Assembly: GCA_046756725.1 (NCBI GenBank)
Contig: JBHHWW010000001.1
Coordinates: 1 to 44,794 of the forward strand
Reading direction: 5' to 3'
Length of the DNA stretch: 44,794 nt
DNA from: Nitrospiria bacterium
GTDB lineage: Bacteria > Nitrospirota > Nitrospiria > SBBL01 > JAADHI01
The notes under the pieces were generated by a model. The model ran no database searches. It was not told the origin of the DNA and worked only from the letters and a program-made list of their open reading frames with translations. Positions 19,801 through 29,585 of this stretch are shown one piece after another. The position numbers and the translations under genes are program-made. Each line of letters begins with the position of its first letter. Position 1 is the stretch's first letter.

Positions 19801-20912
19801 TTCCAGACGAGAGTGTGGTTTTGACGGGCCGCTTCGATTTGGAAGCCACCTTTGCACGGGGAGCGACCAATGAAACAGTGCTTGTCTCAGAAGGAAGAGA
19901 GGATGTTTTTATCGCCCGTTATAGCCGGGAGGGTGTTCTTGTCTGGGTAAAACAGGCTGGAGGAGGGAGTCGGGAAGAAGGGTTCGGGGTTGCGTCTTTT
20001 CCTGATGGCAGTTTTGTGATCACCGGTTTTTTCTCATCAACGATCCACCTTGGTGCTGGTGAGGAAAACGAAACAAGCCTCAGATCCGAAGGCAGGTCAG
20101 AGATCTTTATCGCACGCTACAACGCGAATGGAACGCTTTCATGGGCGAAACGGGCTGGGGGGACAGGTTCTGAATCGGGTCTTGCCTTGGCGACCTTTTC
20201 GGATGGAAGTGCCGTAGTGACTGGAAGGTTCAGCCAGACCATTGTTTTTGGCGATGCTGAGCCAGATGAAACAGAATTATCATCGATAGGGAATGATGAT
20301 ATCTTTATTGCCCGCTACCATGCAGATGGAATGTTTGACTGGGCACGGCAGGCAGGGGGAAGCGGGAAGGATAGAGGCCATGGTATTGCGTCTTTGCCGA
20401 ATGGCAGTGTTGTTGTCATCGGCCGATTTGAGGAGCGTGCAACCTTTGCCCCGGGAGAACAGAATCAGACAAGCTTGTTATCGAGCGGGTTGGATGATTT
20501 TTTCCTGGCACGCTATCAGCTGAATGGTTCGCTTGACTGGGTCAAACAGGGTGGTGGAGTCGGCAGCGATGTCGGAAATGCGGTTGCCGCATTCCCGGAT
20601 GGAAGTGTCGTGACCACAGGACACTTCACGGATGCAGCCACTTTCGGGTCTTTAGAAAGACAAGAGGCCGTTCTCACATCAAATGGAGAAGAGGATGTTT
20701 TTGTTGCGACCTATCACTCGGACGGCACTTTAAACTGGGTGATGCAGACAGGGGGATCGGGTTTTGACAGCGGTAAGGGTGTCGCATCTGCCTCTGATGG
20801 GAGCGCTGTGATGACGGGAAAAACCGTTGCCGGAAGTTTTGACACTTTCATTACACGCTACACGCCCATCAATTATCGATTCATTGAGTTTTTTCTTCAG
20901 CCAGATGGTTGA
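16815..20912 (+). CDS. Giant (1365 aa) multidomain lipoprotein: Ig-like regions, right-handed beta-helix (PbH1) region, Calx-beta-like domain, two InlB-B-repeat-like domains, 7-bladed SBBP beta-propeller
   Basis: Signal peptide with lipobox LLTAC. Beta-helix repeats are ISGNIF / VTGNVF / IVNNAIWRNHIGILIRG / IEGNEILGNERGIQV. Two Cys-containing units have the pattern GSG.V..NP....C...C...F..GT.V.L.A......F.GW.G.C. Six exact 66-aa SBBP-type repeats follow. Confidence 0.85.
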   Translation: MVKKRCFLSVWPLSIFPLVFFMLLTACSASGPSLENIEKSAGSEGMVSVGITLRVPSGSNRLHQSKLSALTLDDLRSLKITVTDANGLVLTASDDIFVSPGQLIEVFLSVPAGPARQFSVELFDRDGRVVLFGMTERDLGGLASISIPIVVSPPLSIVPEIMTVSTGHSVQINVILSDAFKRSFADPTLRWEVEGIIGGNTAFGLIKITNSLSASYTAPENIPVQAQVLVKAHSVSRPAYFASVMMDIILSPQGRFVDNGSGSDETGPDGTVCGGETSPCKTVTKGIEVANPGDTVFIKAGRYAFTTFGPPAIEMKAGVKIQGAGAEVTFFDFTSARSDGGIGIRGANGSAISGLTLSDVGLNQIDLIETDHTDFRISGNIFLWQCETCLHIKNAVHIQGGSGISVTGNVFSQRSLGSIVPNSTSILIEGSATPAIVNNAIWRNHIGILIRGQANALIEGNEILGNERGIQVEAFAVPDIGGGGLGSLGGNILSCNTSVDLLNNTPGMLFAQSNQWDHESPERGSLIGNGIDIVMGHGEGNVDASGASFYSFAPCQVGITVSSNSGLATSEVGGIDTFTVVLNTEPTENVILDLASSDVTEGIVTPSILTFTPVDWDIPKLVTVAGLDDALEDGDVLYRILIAPTESVDPLYHGIDLADPLVMNQDNDVSLSVSVQGSGSVAMNPPGVLCFLDCTEIFTEGTSVLLTAASDSQFEFVGWDGDCVGNALSVTVDMADVRHCSATFRLKTFTLSVIPTGSGDGMVRLNPDSIHCPPDCSVVFPIDTQISLLASPQTGSFFAGWTGHPDCDDALVSMTQDMTCEARFETNAPPRITRFTSGRSLVPLGETTRLFWTVEGFASSLQLNPGGVEVRDLTTTNVIPFPVGKASSNARSYFKLFATNPVLMEEAAELTWAKGMEGSGFNEGLGIVVLSDGSSIVTGRFEGVATFGSGEESETVLRSFGGSDIYVARYHADGSLIWVRQAGGAQDDWSNAIAILPDESVVLTGRFDLEATFARGATNETVLVSEGREDVFIARYSREGVLVWVKQAGGGSREEGFGVASFPDGSFVITGFFSSTIHLGAGEENETSLRSEGRSEIFIARYNANGTLSWAKRAGGTGSESGLALATFSDGSAVVTGRFSQTIVFGDAEPDETELSSIGNDDIFIARYHADGMFDWARQAGGSGKDRGHGIASLPNGSVVVIGRFEERATFAPGEQNQTSLLSSGLDDFFLARYQLNGSLDWVKQGGGVGSDVGNAVAAFPDGSVVTTGHFTDAATFGSLERQEAVLTSNGEEDVFVATYHSDGTLNWVMQTGGSGFDSGKGVASASDGSAVMTGKTVAGSFDTFITRYTPINYRFIEFFLQPDG
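19503..20888 (+). repeat. Tandem coding repeats, period exactly 198 nt (66 aa), SBBP-type beta-propeller blades
   Basis: The blade motif [DE]-[DIV]-F-[IV]-A-R-Y-x-x-[DN]-G-x-L-x-W-[VA]-[KR]-Q-[AG]-G-G starts at 19701, 19899, 20097, 20295, 20493 and 20691. A degenerate first unit lies near 19503 and a shortened closing strand at 20835. Confidence 0.8.
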
Positions 20913-20921
20913 TCAAGTTAA

Positions 20922-22502
20922 ATGTATGAACGATTGTGGGGCAAACTTAAGGAGAATGGCGTGAGGATTCTTGTTTATTGGGTCCTGTCTTTTTGCCTGT
21001 TTTTCTTAGTGACATATCCAGCTTTGCCTGCTGAACCATCACAAGAATATTATATTTTTATTTCAGACGGAATCTCAAAATTGCAGGAGAATGATTTTTC
21101 CGCCGCACTCGGGTATTTTGAGACAGCCCTCTCTCTGGACCGCGAGGGTGTGGAGGCCCATTATTATCTTGGCGTGACCCATGCGCGTACAAGCAGAGTT
21201 AAAGAAGCTGAAACACATTTACTTAAAGCACTCTCAATTGACCGGACCTTCCTTGCGGCTTACTTTGACTTGGGTGTCCTGTATTATCAAATTAGAGAGG
21301 ACGAAAAAGCGTTGAAGGCCTTTGGGACAATCGAGCAGATTGACCCGGGACGGGCTCGGGTTCACTACTACCAAGGCTTGATTTATCGGCGTAATGGAAA
21401 AATGGATGAAGCGGCAGATAAGTTTGAAAAAACCGTCTTGTTGGATCCGAGCCTTGATGCTGAAGTTCGTTTCCAGGCAGGGACCGCCCATTTTGAGGGA
21501 GGGGCGCTTCAATCGGCAAAAGAGGCCTTTGAAGGGATTGTCAACGGTTTTCCTGAAGGCACTCTGGCCACCCCGGCGCGTGATTTCATTGATCAGATTG
21601 ATCGGGTGATGAAAGAAAAAAAGAGATGGCGACTCAATGCTTCTCTTGGTCTTCAGTATGATGACAATGTGATTCTTGATCCGAATACAGACTCTCCTGC
21701 AGCGAATCTTGTCTCGGACAAAGATGGTTTTTTAACGACTATTTTTCTTCAAGGTCGATATCAGTGGTTGAAAATGGATCATTGGGATGGAAATCTTGCT
21801 TACAGTTTTTATCAGAATCTCCATAACGACAGTGCCTTGGATGACTTCAATATCCAGAATCATCATTTTTTTATCAGTGGTGAGCACAGGGAAGGTCGAT
21901 ATGATTTACGCCTGAAATATGAGATTCAGCTTGCGACATTGGGAGGATCTTCTTTCCTCTTCCGACAAACAGTGGGGCCTGAATTGAACATTCGACACTC
22001 AGATGACCACCTGACGGAAATTGCCTATGAACTTGGCAAGAAAAATTTTGAGGCGGTTAGCCCGCTTTTTTCCAGTAATTCTGATCGCGATGTGAATACC
22101 CAGAAGATTGCCATGACACATTTTGTCCAGTTTCCGGGATATTTTATGTTACATGGCGGTTATGCTTTTGAAAAAGAGAATGCGAAGAATCGCCCAAACC
22201 AGGATGACTGGACCTATGGTGGGAATCGTTATCGGGTCGGCGGCCGTTCCCCTTCCTGGAAAGAGTGGACCCTGTCTTTTGAAGGTGAATGGCGGGATCG
22301 TCGCTACAGCAATTTGAACCAGTTATCCCCTCAAAAAAAAAGGCGTGATGAGGACCTTCTCCTGATTTTCGTGCTTTCCCGACCGATCCGTGAGTATGTC
22401 GATCTCGCTATCCAATCCCTCCACCAGAAAAACCATTCAAATATCCCTGCCTTTGATTATCGCCGAAACATAACGGGTTTGATCGTGACAGTGAGTTATT
22501 GA
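20922..22502 (+). CDS. TPR + outer-membrane beta-barrel protein (Slam/DUF560-like architecture)
   Basis: The signal peptide is followed by about 200 aa of TPRs (ALGYFETALSLDREGVEAHYYLG..., ALKAFGTIEQIDPGRARVHYYQG...). About 300 aa with alternating beta-strand pattern follows (WRLNASLGLQYDDNVILDPN...). It ends ...ITGLIVTVSY, an aromatic terminus typical of OM barrels. Confidence 0.6.
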   Translation: MYERLWGKLKENGVRILVYWVLSFCLFFLVTYPALPAEPSQEYYIFISDGISKLQENDFSAALGYFETALSLDREGVEAHYYLGVTHARTSRVKEAETHLLKALSIDRTFLAAYFDLGVLYYQIREDEKALKAFGTIEQIDPGRARVHYYQGLIYRRNGKMDEAADKFEKTVLLDPSLDAEVRFQAGTAHFEGGALQSAKEAFEGIVNGFPEGTLATPARDFIDQIDRVMKEKKRWRLNASLGLQYDDNVILDPNTDSPAANLVSDKDGFLTTIFLQGRYQWLKMDHWDGNLAYSFYQNLHNDSALDDFNIQNHHFFISGEHREGRYDLRLKYEIQLATLGGSSFLFRQTVGPELNIRHSDDHLTEIAYELGKKNFEAVSPLFSSNSDRDVNTQKIAMTHFVQFPGYFMLHGGYAFEKENAKNRPNQDDWTYGGNRYRVGGRSPSWKEWTLSFEGEWRDRRYSNLNQLSPQKKRRDEDLLLIFVLSRPIREYVDLAIQSLHQKNHSNIPAFDYRRNITGLIVTVSY

Positions 22503-22570
22503 AGGACTGGTCTCGTTATTTCTTAAAGTGTTCATGGGTGTTCCAGTTCGTCGGCGGGTTGCCCTTCCAA

Positions 22571-23368
22571 TTATTTCGAAATCGCTTTTTTGAGCGATGT
22601 GATCAGGTCTGATAATTTGGCAAGATAATTCGGGTTGTCTGGTGCGGTTGCGATGATTCGGACAAGGGCGCTTCCGACGATGATGCCATCTGCACTTCCG
22701 GCGATTTTTGAGGCTTCTTCAGGGCTTGAAATACCGAAACCGGCGGCGACCGGTCGGTCGGTCATTTCTTTCAGTGCTGAAATTCGTTGAGAGATGGATG
22801 CCCAGTCCTTCAATGTGGTGCCTGTCACGCCGGTGACGGGAACATAATAAACAAAGCCGCTTCCCGCCTTCAAAATCTTTTCAATTCGTTCAGGCGGAGT
22901 GGTCGGTGCGACCAGAAAAATCAGGTCAATCAGGTGTTTCCGGCCTTGATGGATGAAATCTCTGGCTTCTTCAATAGGAAGGTCGGGAATAATGATTCCA
23001 TTGACGCCGTTTCGTCGGGCCGCTTTAAAGAAGTTTTCAAGTCCGAAGGCATAAATCGGGTTGCAATAGGTCATGAGAATGAGGGGAATTTTTGTCTGCC
23101 TTCGAAGGGTTTTGACGAGGTCGAGCACTTTTGTGAGTGTGACGCCCTTTTGAAGGGCTCGATCTGCGGCTTGCTGAATGGTGGGACCATCAGCAATCGG
23201 GTCTGAAAACGGGATGCCAATTTCAATGATGTCTGCCCCTGCTTTCTCCATTTCGAAGACGATGCTTAGGGTTTCATCCAGGGATGGGTCGCCTGCCATT
23301 ACATAGGCGATCAGGGCTTTGTCACCCATTACGCCCACATTTTTAAGCGTTGCCTCAATCCGGCTCAT
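22571..23368 (-). CDS. trpA: Tryptophan synthase alpha chain
   Basis: [11 protein letters not shown]..., [22 protein letters not shown]. The ATG at 23368 is preceded by GGGAGG and overlaps the trpB end by 14 nt. Confidence 0.93.
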   Translation of the reverse strand: MSRIEATLKNVGVMGDKALIAYVMAGDPSLDETLSIVFEMEKAGADIIEIGIPFSDPIADGPTIQQAADRALQKGVTLTKVLDLVKTLRRQTKIPLILMTYCNPIYAFGLENFFKAARRNGVNGIIIPDLPIEEARDFIHQGRKHLIDLIFLVAPTTPPERIEKILKAGSGFVYYVPVTGVTGTTLKDWASISQRISALKEMTDRPVAAGFGISSPEEASKIAGSADGIIVGSALVRIIATAPDNPNYLAKLSDLITSLKKAISK

Positions 23369-24587
23369 TTTGCCTCCCGTGTTTTTCTCTTGTCGCTCCC
23401 GACAGGCCGCAGATCTTTGCAATCTGGTCCACATCTTTGTCGCCGCGCCCTGAGAGGTTGACGATAATGAGTTGATCTTTTTTCATGGAAGGGGCGATTT
23501 TAACGAGATGGGCAATCGCGTGTGATGATTCGAGGGCAGGGAGAATGCCTTCTGTTTCTGAAAGGAGTTGGAAGGCGGCGAGCGCCTCGTCATCAGTCAC
23601 AGAAGTGTAGGTAATTCGGCCACTGTCCCGGTAATAGCTGTGCTCCGGCCCGACGGCGGGGTAGTCTAGGCCAGCGGAAACGGAATGGGTTGCCTGGATT
23701 TGTCCATCTGCGTTTTGGAGCAGCATGGACATCGTGCCGTGAAGCACTCCAATTTCGCCGCTTGCAAATCGGGCGGCATGTTTACCAGTTGTAATTCCCA
23801 GTCCGCCTGCCTCGACACCGACCAAAGCAACAGAAGAATCGGAAAGGAAGGGGTAAAAGAGGCCGATGGCATTGCTCCCGCCGCCGACACAGGCAAGTAA
23901 AAGGTCCGGGAGTTGACCGGTGAACCGGAGGATTTGTTGTCGCGCCTCCTGACCGATGACGGCCTGGAAATCCCGGATCATCATCGGGTAGGGGTGGGGA
24001 CCGAGCACGGAGCCGAGAATATAATGGGTGTCTTTGACGTTTGTGGTCCAGTCACGAAGCGCTTCATTGATGGCATCTTTCAGGGTCCTGCTCCCGACAT
24101 CGATTCCCGTCACTTTGGCACCCAAGAGGCGCATTCGAATGACATTGAGCGCCTGTCGCTCCATATCTTCAGTGCCCATGTAGATTTCACAGGCCAGGCC
24201 GAAGCGGGCGGCGACGGTGGCGACGGCCACGCCATGTTGCCCCGCGCCGGTTTCCGCGATGACACGCTTTTTCCCCATGATCCGTGTCAGTAAGATTTGC
24301 CCGATGGTGTTGTTGATTTTATGCGCCCCTGTGTGACAAAGATCTTCTCTCTTGAGGTAGATTTGGGCGCCTCCCAGATGTTCGGTCAGACGTTTGGCAA
24401 AATAGAGCGCGGTGGGACGGCCCACATAATTTTTGAGATTTTCGCTTAACTCATTTTTAAACGCCGGTGTTCTCCGGACAGCCTGGTATGTAAGTTCTAA
24501 TTCCTGGAGTGCAGGGATGAGCGTTTCGGCAACATATCGTCCACCGTAGGGGCCGAAGCGCCCTTTTTTATTCGGTAGCTGCGGCAT
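23355..24587 (-). CDS. trpB: Tryptophan synthase beta chain
   Basis: [31 protein letters not shown] (PLP lysine), [17 protein letters not shown]. Confidence 0.97.
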   Translation of the reverse strand: MPQLPNKKGRFGPYGGRYVAETLIPALQELELTYQAVRRTPAFKNELSENLKNYVGRPTALYFAKRLTEHLGGAQIYLKREDLCHTGAHKINNTIGQILLTRIMGKKRVIAETGAGQHGVAVATVAARFGLACEIYMGTEDMERQALNVIRMRLLGAKVTGIDVGSRTLKDAINEALRDWTTNVKDTHYILGSVLGPHPYPMMIRDFQAVIGQEARQQILRFTGQLPDLLLACVGGGSNAIGLFYPFLSDSSVALVGVEAGGLGITTGKHAARFASGEIGVLHGTMSMLLQNADGQIQATHSVSAGLDYPAVGPEHSYYRDSGRITYTSVTDDEALAAFQLLSETEGILPALESSHAIAHLVKIAPSMKKDQLIIVNLSGRGDKDVDQIAKICGLSGATREKHGRQNEPD

Positions 24588-25218
24588 TGCCAGTTCCTTT
24601 TTCTTTTGCGGCAGAAATAAATGCTCTCATTTTCCTTGGGTCTTTCTTCCCTTTTTGTCTCTCGACCCCGCTGCTGACATCGACGCCGTAGGGCTGAACG
24701 GTCTGGATGGCTGTTTTAACATTATTTGAGGTCAGTCCTCCAGCCAGAATCACTTTTCCGAATTGTTTTGCAGGGGTGGCGAAGTTCCAATTGAACGCGA
24801 TTCCACTGCCGCCCGCCACTTTTTCGTGATAGGTATCCAGAAGAATGGCGCGTCCGGAAGCGGAGATAAACCCCTTGAGGGAGCGTTCATCTTTGACCTG
24901 GATGACCTGGATCGCCCGGTGGGAAAAGTGGAGGAGTGTTTTGTGGGGAAAATCTCCGTGAAATTGAATCAAATGGACGCCGGAGAGGGCGATCAGATTC
25001 TGAATATCTTCAATTTCTGAGGCGGTAATCACGGCCACTGTGGTGATAAAGGGAGGCAGCTTTGAGATGATTTTTTTTGCTTCGATGGCTGAAATATGTC
25101 GTGGGCTTTCCGGGGCGAAGACGAAGCCCAATGCATCCGCACCCAGTGCTACCGCTGAAAGCGCATCTTCTAAATTTGTAATGCCGCAGATCTTGACTTT
25201 CACCTCTGAAGGTCTCAT
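24568..25218 (-). CDS. trpF: Phosphoribosylanthranilate isomerase
   Basis: [12 protein letters not shown]..., [17 protein letters not shown]. It overlaps trpB by 20 nt. Confidence 0.9.
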   Translation of the reverse strand: MRPSEVKVKICGITNLEDALSAVALGADALGFVFAPESPRHISAIEAKKIISKLPPFITTVAVITASEIEDIQNLIALSGVHLIQFHGDFPHKTLLHFSHRAIQVIQVKDERSLKGFISASGRAILLDTYHEKVAGGSGIAFNWNFATPAKQFGKVILAGGLTSNNVKTAIQTVQPYGVDVSSGVERQKGKKDPRKMRAFISAAKEKGTGNAAATE

Positions 25219-25237
25219 TCCTGAAAATCTCTAATGA

Positions 25238-26029
25238 TTACAAGCCTTCCGTAAACAAGCCTTTTATTTTTTCGTTTATTTTTTCAGAAGCCATGAGTGA
25301 TTCGCCAATTAAAACAGCATCGATCCCGGCCTCTCCAAGCCGGACGATTTCCCTTCGGGATGAGATGCCGCTTTCGCTGATGATGGTGCGATCAGATGGA
25401 ATCTCCGGAAAAATCCGGAAGGTCGTTTCAAGATCGGTCTGAAATGTTGTCAGGTCTCGATTATTGATGCCGATCATGGGTGCCCATTCAATGACTCGCT
25501 CCAATTCTTTTTCATCATGAATTTCGACAAGCACGTCGAGTGAAAGTTCTTGAGCCAGATCAAAATAATCTTTCATCTGTCTTTTTTCCAGAAGTGCTGT
25601 GATGAGAAGGATTGCATCCGCTTCCCAGGCCCGTGCCTCGTATATTTGTAGCTCATCAATCATAAAATCTTTTTGCAAGAGGGGCAGGGAGACCTTTTTC
25701 CGAACCTTATGAATATAGGAGGGATGTTCCAGGAAATAATGTTCTTCCGTCAGTACGGAAAGGGCTGCCGCGCCATTGTCTTCATAAATTTGTGCAATTT
25801 CAATGGGGTCAAAAGATGCTCGAATGATGCCTTTTGAGGGGGAAGCCTTCTTTATTTCAGCGATGAGATGGGGGCGGGGGCGACCTTGATGTGTCACTGC
25901 ATTTTTGAAAGGACGGGTTGGTTCTGTATCTGCAATTTTTGATTGAACTTCCTGAAGATATCGCCGACCTTTTCGCTTGCCCACGGCCGCCCGCTTTGTT
26001 GCCGCTATTTTATCTAGGATGTTCATCAC
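25238..26029 (-). CDS. trpC: Indole-3-glycerol phosphate synthase
   Basis: LIAEIKKASPSKG, LSVLTEEHYF, LLQKDFMIDELQIYEAR, GINNRDL, ISESGI. Confidence 0.93.
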   Translation of the reverse strand: MMNILDKIAATKRAAVGKRKGRRYLQEVQSKIADTEPTRPFKNAVTHQGRPRPHLIAEIKKASPSKGIIRASFDPIEIAQIYEDNGAAALSVLTEEHYFLEHPSYIHKVRKKVSLPLLQKDFMIDELQIYEARAWEADAILLITALLEKRQMKDYFDLAQELSLDVLVEIHDEKELERVIEWAPMIGINNRDLTTFQTDLETTFRIFPEIPSDRTIISESGISSRREIVRLGEAGIDAVLIGESLMASEKINEKIKGLFTEGL

Positions 26030-26038
26030 GATACTGGA

Positions 26039-27049
26039 TTATTGGTGGGTCATCTCTTGGAGTTTCTCAAGTTTCGACATCGCCTTTCCGGAATCAATCG
26101 ATTCTGCCGCGATCTGCAGGCCCTCCTGAAGGGTCTTTGCTTTTCCGACGGCGACCAGGGCAGGCGCTGCATTCATGAGAACAACATCTCTTCTTGAACT
26201 TTTTTCTCCCCGGAGAATGGCGAGAAGGATGGCCGCATTTTTGTGGGCATCTCCGCCAATCAAATCTCTTATCTGTCCCTTGGGAAGTTGAAAGTCTTTT
26301 GGTTCTATAAAATAGGCGGCAACACGGCCTTTTTTCCCTTCGGACACACGGCTTTTTCCAGTGTTTGTTATTTCATCCAGGCCGTCCATGCCATGCACGA
26401 TAAAACAATGTCTCGAAGAAAGATTGACCAAAACTTGCGCAAGAAGGTCGGTCAGTTCCGGAGCGAAGACGCCAAGGACCTGAATCGAGGCCCTCGCAGG
26501 ATTGGTCAAAGGGCCCAGGATGTTAAAAATGGTCCGGATTCCGGTTTCCTTTCTTGGAATGACGGCATGTTTCATCGCGCCATGGAAGAGCGGGGCGAAA
26601 AGAAATCCAATGCCGATCTTGTTAATGCAGGCTTCTACTCGATCAGGGGAGATATCGATTTTCACCCCGACCTCTTTTAATACATCTGCGCTTCCGCAAG
26701 CGCTCGATACCGACCGGTTTCCATGTTTGGCAACGGTGGCACCTGCACCTGAAACGACAAAGGCTACGGTGGTCGAGATATTAAAGGTGTTTTTTTTGTC
26801 TCCTCCCGTACCGCAAGTATCCACGACCAGTGGATCATCGACGCGGACATGGATTGCTTTTTCCCGCATGACACGCGCCGAGCCGGTAATTTCGGAGACC
26901 GTTTCTCCTTTCATACGCAAGGCTGTGATGTAAGAAGCAATTTGCGAAGGGCTTGCGGCGCCCTCCATGATTTCTCTCATGACGGCTTCGGCTTCGGCTT
27001 CATCCAGGTCAATGCGTTCTACAATCTTACTGATGGCTTCTTTAATCAT
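26039..27049 (-). CDS. trpD: Anthranilate phosphoribosyltransferase
   Basis: [36 protein letters not shown]-like. The ATG at 27049 is preceded by GAGGAA. Confidence 0.93.
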   Translation of the reverse strand: MIKEAISKIVERIDLDEAEAEAVMREIMEGAASPSQIASYITALRMKGETVSEITGSARVMREKAIHVRVDDPLVVDTCGTGGDKKNTFNISTTVAFVVSGAGATVAKHGNRSVSSACGSADVLKEVGVKIDISPDRVEACINKIGIGFLFAPLFHGAMKHAVIPRKETGIRTIFNILGPLTNPARASIQVLGVFAPELTDLLAQVLVNLSSRHCFIVHGMDGLDEITNTGKSRVSEGKKGRVAAYFIEPKDFQLPKGQIRDLIGGDAHKNAAILLAILRGEKSSRRDVVLMNAAPALVAVGKAKTLQEGLQIAAESIDSGKAMSKLEKLQEMTHQ

Positions 27050-27109
27050 TCTGTGATTCCTCAAAGCAGTGGATTTGTGAGTTCCTTTCGTTGTTTTGAT
27101 TCGAGTGCC

Positions 27110-27673
27110 CTACATTTTTAGAAAGTTTTTCAACAGTTTCTTGCCGACACCGGTCAAGATGGATTCCGGGTGGAATTGCACTCCCTCGATTGGAAGACGC
27201 TTATGCCGGATTCCCATAATTTCTCCTTCATCTGTCCAGGCAGTCATCTCAAAAATGTCGGGCAATGTGTCTCTTTCCAGAATAAGTGAATGGTAGCGGG
27301 TCGCTTCAAATGGCTGGGGGAGATTGTTGTAGATTGTTTTCCCGGTGTGAGCAATCATCGAGGTTTTTCCATGCATTAAGCGATCTGCCCGAATGACTTT
27401 CCCTCCGAATGCCTCACCAATGGCTTGATGACCGAGACAAACACCCAGTATGGGTATTTTCTTGCCGAAGGTTTGCACTATCGCAATGGAAATGCCTGCA
27501 TCTTTCGGTATTCCCGGACCGGGAGAAATAACGATTTTTTCGGGTTGCCTTTGTTCTATTTCGGATAAGGTAATTTGATCGTTACGATATACCGTGATGT
27601 CTGCGCCCAGTTCACCTAGATATTGAACCAGGTTGTATGTAAATGAGTCGTAGTTGTCAATGACGAGGAGCAT
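27110..27673 (-). CDS. trpG: Anthranilate synthase component II (glutamine amidotransferase)
   Basis: [33 protein letters not shown] (catalytic Cys), GVQFHPES. The ATG at 27673 overlaps the trpE end by 17 nt. The longer 262-aa ORF in the track is an upstream extension with no family similarity. Confidence 0.93.
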   Translation of the reverse strand: MLLVIDNYDSFTYNLVQYLGELGADITVYRNDQITLSEIEQRQPEKIVISPGPGIPKDAGISIAIVQTFGKKIPILGVCLGHQAIGEAFGGKVIRADRLMHGKTSMIAHTGKTIYNNLPQPFEATRYHSLILERDTLPDIFEMTAWTDEGEIMGIRHKRLPIEGVQFHPESILTGVGKKLLKNFLKM

Positions 27674-29177
27674 GTTGCCGCCCTTGGGGTTCAAGACCAT
27701 TATTGGCCAAATCCAATGCCGCCAACATCGCCTTGGCTTTATTGACTGTTTCCTGATATTCCCGGTCCGGGTCAGAATCGGCAACGATGCCTGCTGCTGC
27801 CTGTACGTTTGCCTGGTTCCCTTCAATAACGATTGTTCGTATGGTAATGCAGATATCCATGTTGCCTTGAAAGCTGAAATAGCCCACGGCGCCGGCATAG
27901 AGCGAGCGACTTTCCGTTTCGAGTTCGTCTATGATTTCCATTGCCCGTATCTTGGGTGCGCCGGTGACGGTGCCAGCTGGAAAACAGGCTTTTAAAACGT
28001 CGAAGGCATCTTTCCCTTTTTCTAAGTCACCAGCCACATTGGAGACGATGTGCATGACATGAGAGTAGCGCTCGATCACCATTAATTCATCCACTTGAAC
28101 AGTGTCATATTCACATACACGGCCGATGTCATTCCGCCCGAGGTCGATCAGCATGACATGTTCTGCACGTTCTTTCGGGTCTGCGAGAAGCTCTGCTTCC
28201 AGAGCCTTATCTCCTTCGGGAGTGTGGCCGCGAGGACGGGTTCCGGCAATGGGACGTGTTTCGACCCGGTTCTCTTCAAGGCGGACGAGTACTTCCGGAG
28301 AGGTTCCGACCAGGTGGTTCTGATCTAACTGGAGATAAAACATGTAGGGTGAGGGGTTGATGGTTCGAAGGGCGCGATAGACCATGAATGGGTCTGTTTT
28401 AAGTTCGACAGAAAAACGTTGTGAAATCTGAACTTGAAAGATATCTCCTGCCTTAATATATTCCTTTGCCTTCAGAACGGATTTTTTAAACCGATTCCGG
28501 GTGACATTTGAGGTCGGTGTATTTCCCTCCTTTGTTGCTCCTAAGGCATTGTTTTGTTCAAGGGGACGGTTTAAGCAGGCGATTAAGGCATCGATTTTTT
28601 CAATGGCCTGATCATAAACACCCCTCAAGTCCTCACCTTTAATCACCGCATTGGAGACAACCTTAATCCGGTGCTGTACGTTGTCGAAGATCAAGAGACT
28701 GTCGGTAATGAGGAAGAAGAAGTCAGGCGTTGCTTTGGGTGGATGCCGGGAAGTTATTGGCTCAAAAAAACGGACCATATCGTATGCGAGATAACCGACG
28801 GCACCTCCGAAAAATCGAGGCAGTCCTTCTACATTGACTGGCTGATACTCAGAAAGAATCTTTTTCAGAAAGTGAAGTGGATCTTCGCCGGTCGGGTGTT
28901 TCTCCACCTTTCCATTCCGGGTGACGATTACTTCCGACGGCCCCCCTTGGATGATGACAGAAGGATTGGTTCCGAGAAAGGAATATCGTCCCCATTTTTC
29001 ACCGCCTTCGACCGATTCAAAGAGGAAAGGATAGTCCCCTTTTCGTATTTTAAGAAAGGCAGAAACAGGGGTTTCGCAATCAGCGACAACTTCCCGATAA
29101 AGGGGGACGAGATTCCCTTCTTTGGCTTTTATGGAAAATTGCTGAAATGACAGATTTAACAACCGATACAACCTCAA
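27657..29177 (-). CDS. trpE: Anthranilate synthase component I
   Basis: [20 protein letters not shown], chorismate-binding C-terminal half (GTRPRG..., [12 protein letters not shown]-like [26 protein letters not shown]). Only TTG starts are available (29177, 29171 or 29162). Confidence 0.93.
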   Translation of the reverse strand: MRLYRLLNLSFQQFSIKAKEGNLVPLYREVVADCETPVSAFLKIRKGDYPFLFESVEGGEKWGRYSFLGTNPSVIIQGGPSEVIVTRNGKVEKHPTGEDPLHFLKKILSEYQPVNVEGLPRFFGGAVGYLAYDMVRFFEPITSRHPPKATPDFFFLITDSLLIFDNVQHRIKVVSNAVIKGEDLRGVYDQAIEKIDALIACLNRPLEQNNALGATKEGNTPTSNVTRNRFKKSVLKAKEYIKAGDIFQVQISQRFSVELKTDPFMVYRALRTINPSPYMFYLQLDQNHLVGTSPEVLVRLEENRVETRPIAGTRPRGHTPEGDKALEAELLADPKERAEHVMLIDLGRNDIGRVCEYDTVQVDELMVIERYSHVMHIVSNVAGDLEKGKDAFDVLKACFPAGTVTGAPKIRAMEIIDELETESRSLYAGAVGYFSFQGNMDICITIRTIVIEGNQANVQAAAGIVADSDPDREYQETVNKAKAMLAALDLANNGLEPQGRQHAPRH

Positions 29178-29538
29178 TTCCGGGGCGCAAAGCTATCATA
29201 GAGATTGTAAAAGTGTCAATAATTCTAGGGAGTTAATGTCCGGATATAGGGGATGCATTTCATGTCAGGGATGAGCAGATGATGAACACAATGAGGAATA
29301 TATGCTTTGATTCAAGTCGATGAAAGGAAGAGGATGTCTGATTTGTTTGGCATAAGAGATAATTTTGACCGGTGGTTTCATGCAATTGGTCTGTCATTTT
29401 GGTGATATGTTGATCGAGAAAATAAGGAAGATTCATATCCGATCAGAAATTTAAATGCTATGAAAAGTATACAGATATGATGTTTTTTGTGTGGGTTGTG
29501 AAAGGATAAATAGTGATTTTGTATGGCTGTAAAAATGT

Positions 29539-29567
29539 TTGACAAGGTAGGGAGGGTATGCTATAAA
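29539..29567 (+). promoter_or_regulatory. Near-consensus sigma70-type promoter with extended -10, facing the respiratory cluster
   Basis: TTGACA (29539-29544), 17-nt spacer ending TGc, TATAAA (29562-29567). The first downstream CDS starts about 270 nt later. Confidence 0.5.
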
Positions 29568-29585
29568 TTCCCCGTTTTGAGCCGG

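Noticed and set aside
29195-29219. TTGACA ... TATGAT on the minus strand just upstream of trpE as the trp promoter
   Set aside because: The spacer is only 13 nt, well outside the 16-18 nt range. The alternative -10 hexamers at correct spacing (ATAGCT) are poor.
29334-29405. 23-codon ORF (MSDLFGIRDNFDRWFHAIGLSFW) preceded by AAAGGAAGAGG in the large intergenic spacer
   Set aside because: The purine-rich stretch abuts the ATG directly, giving poor spacing. It lies upstream of the only good promoter. A single Trp-containing peptide on the wrong strand cannot be a trp leader.
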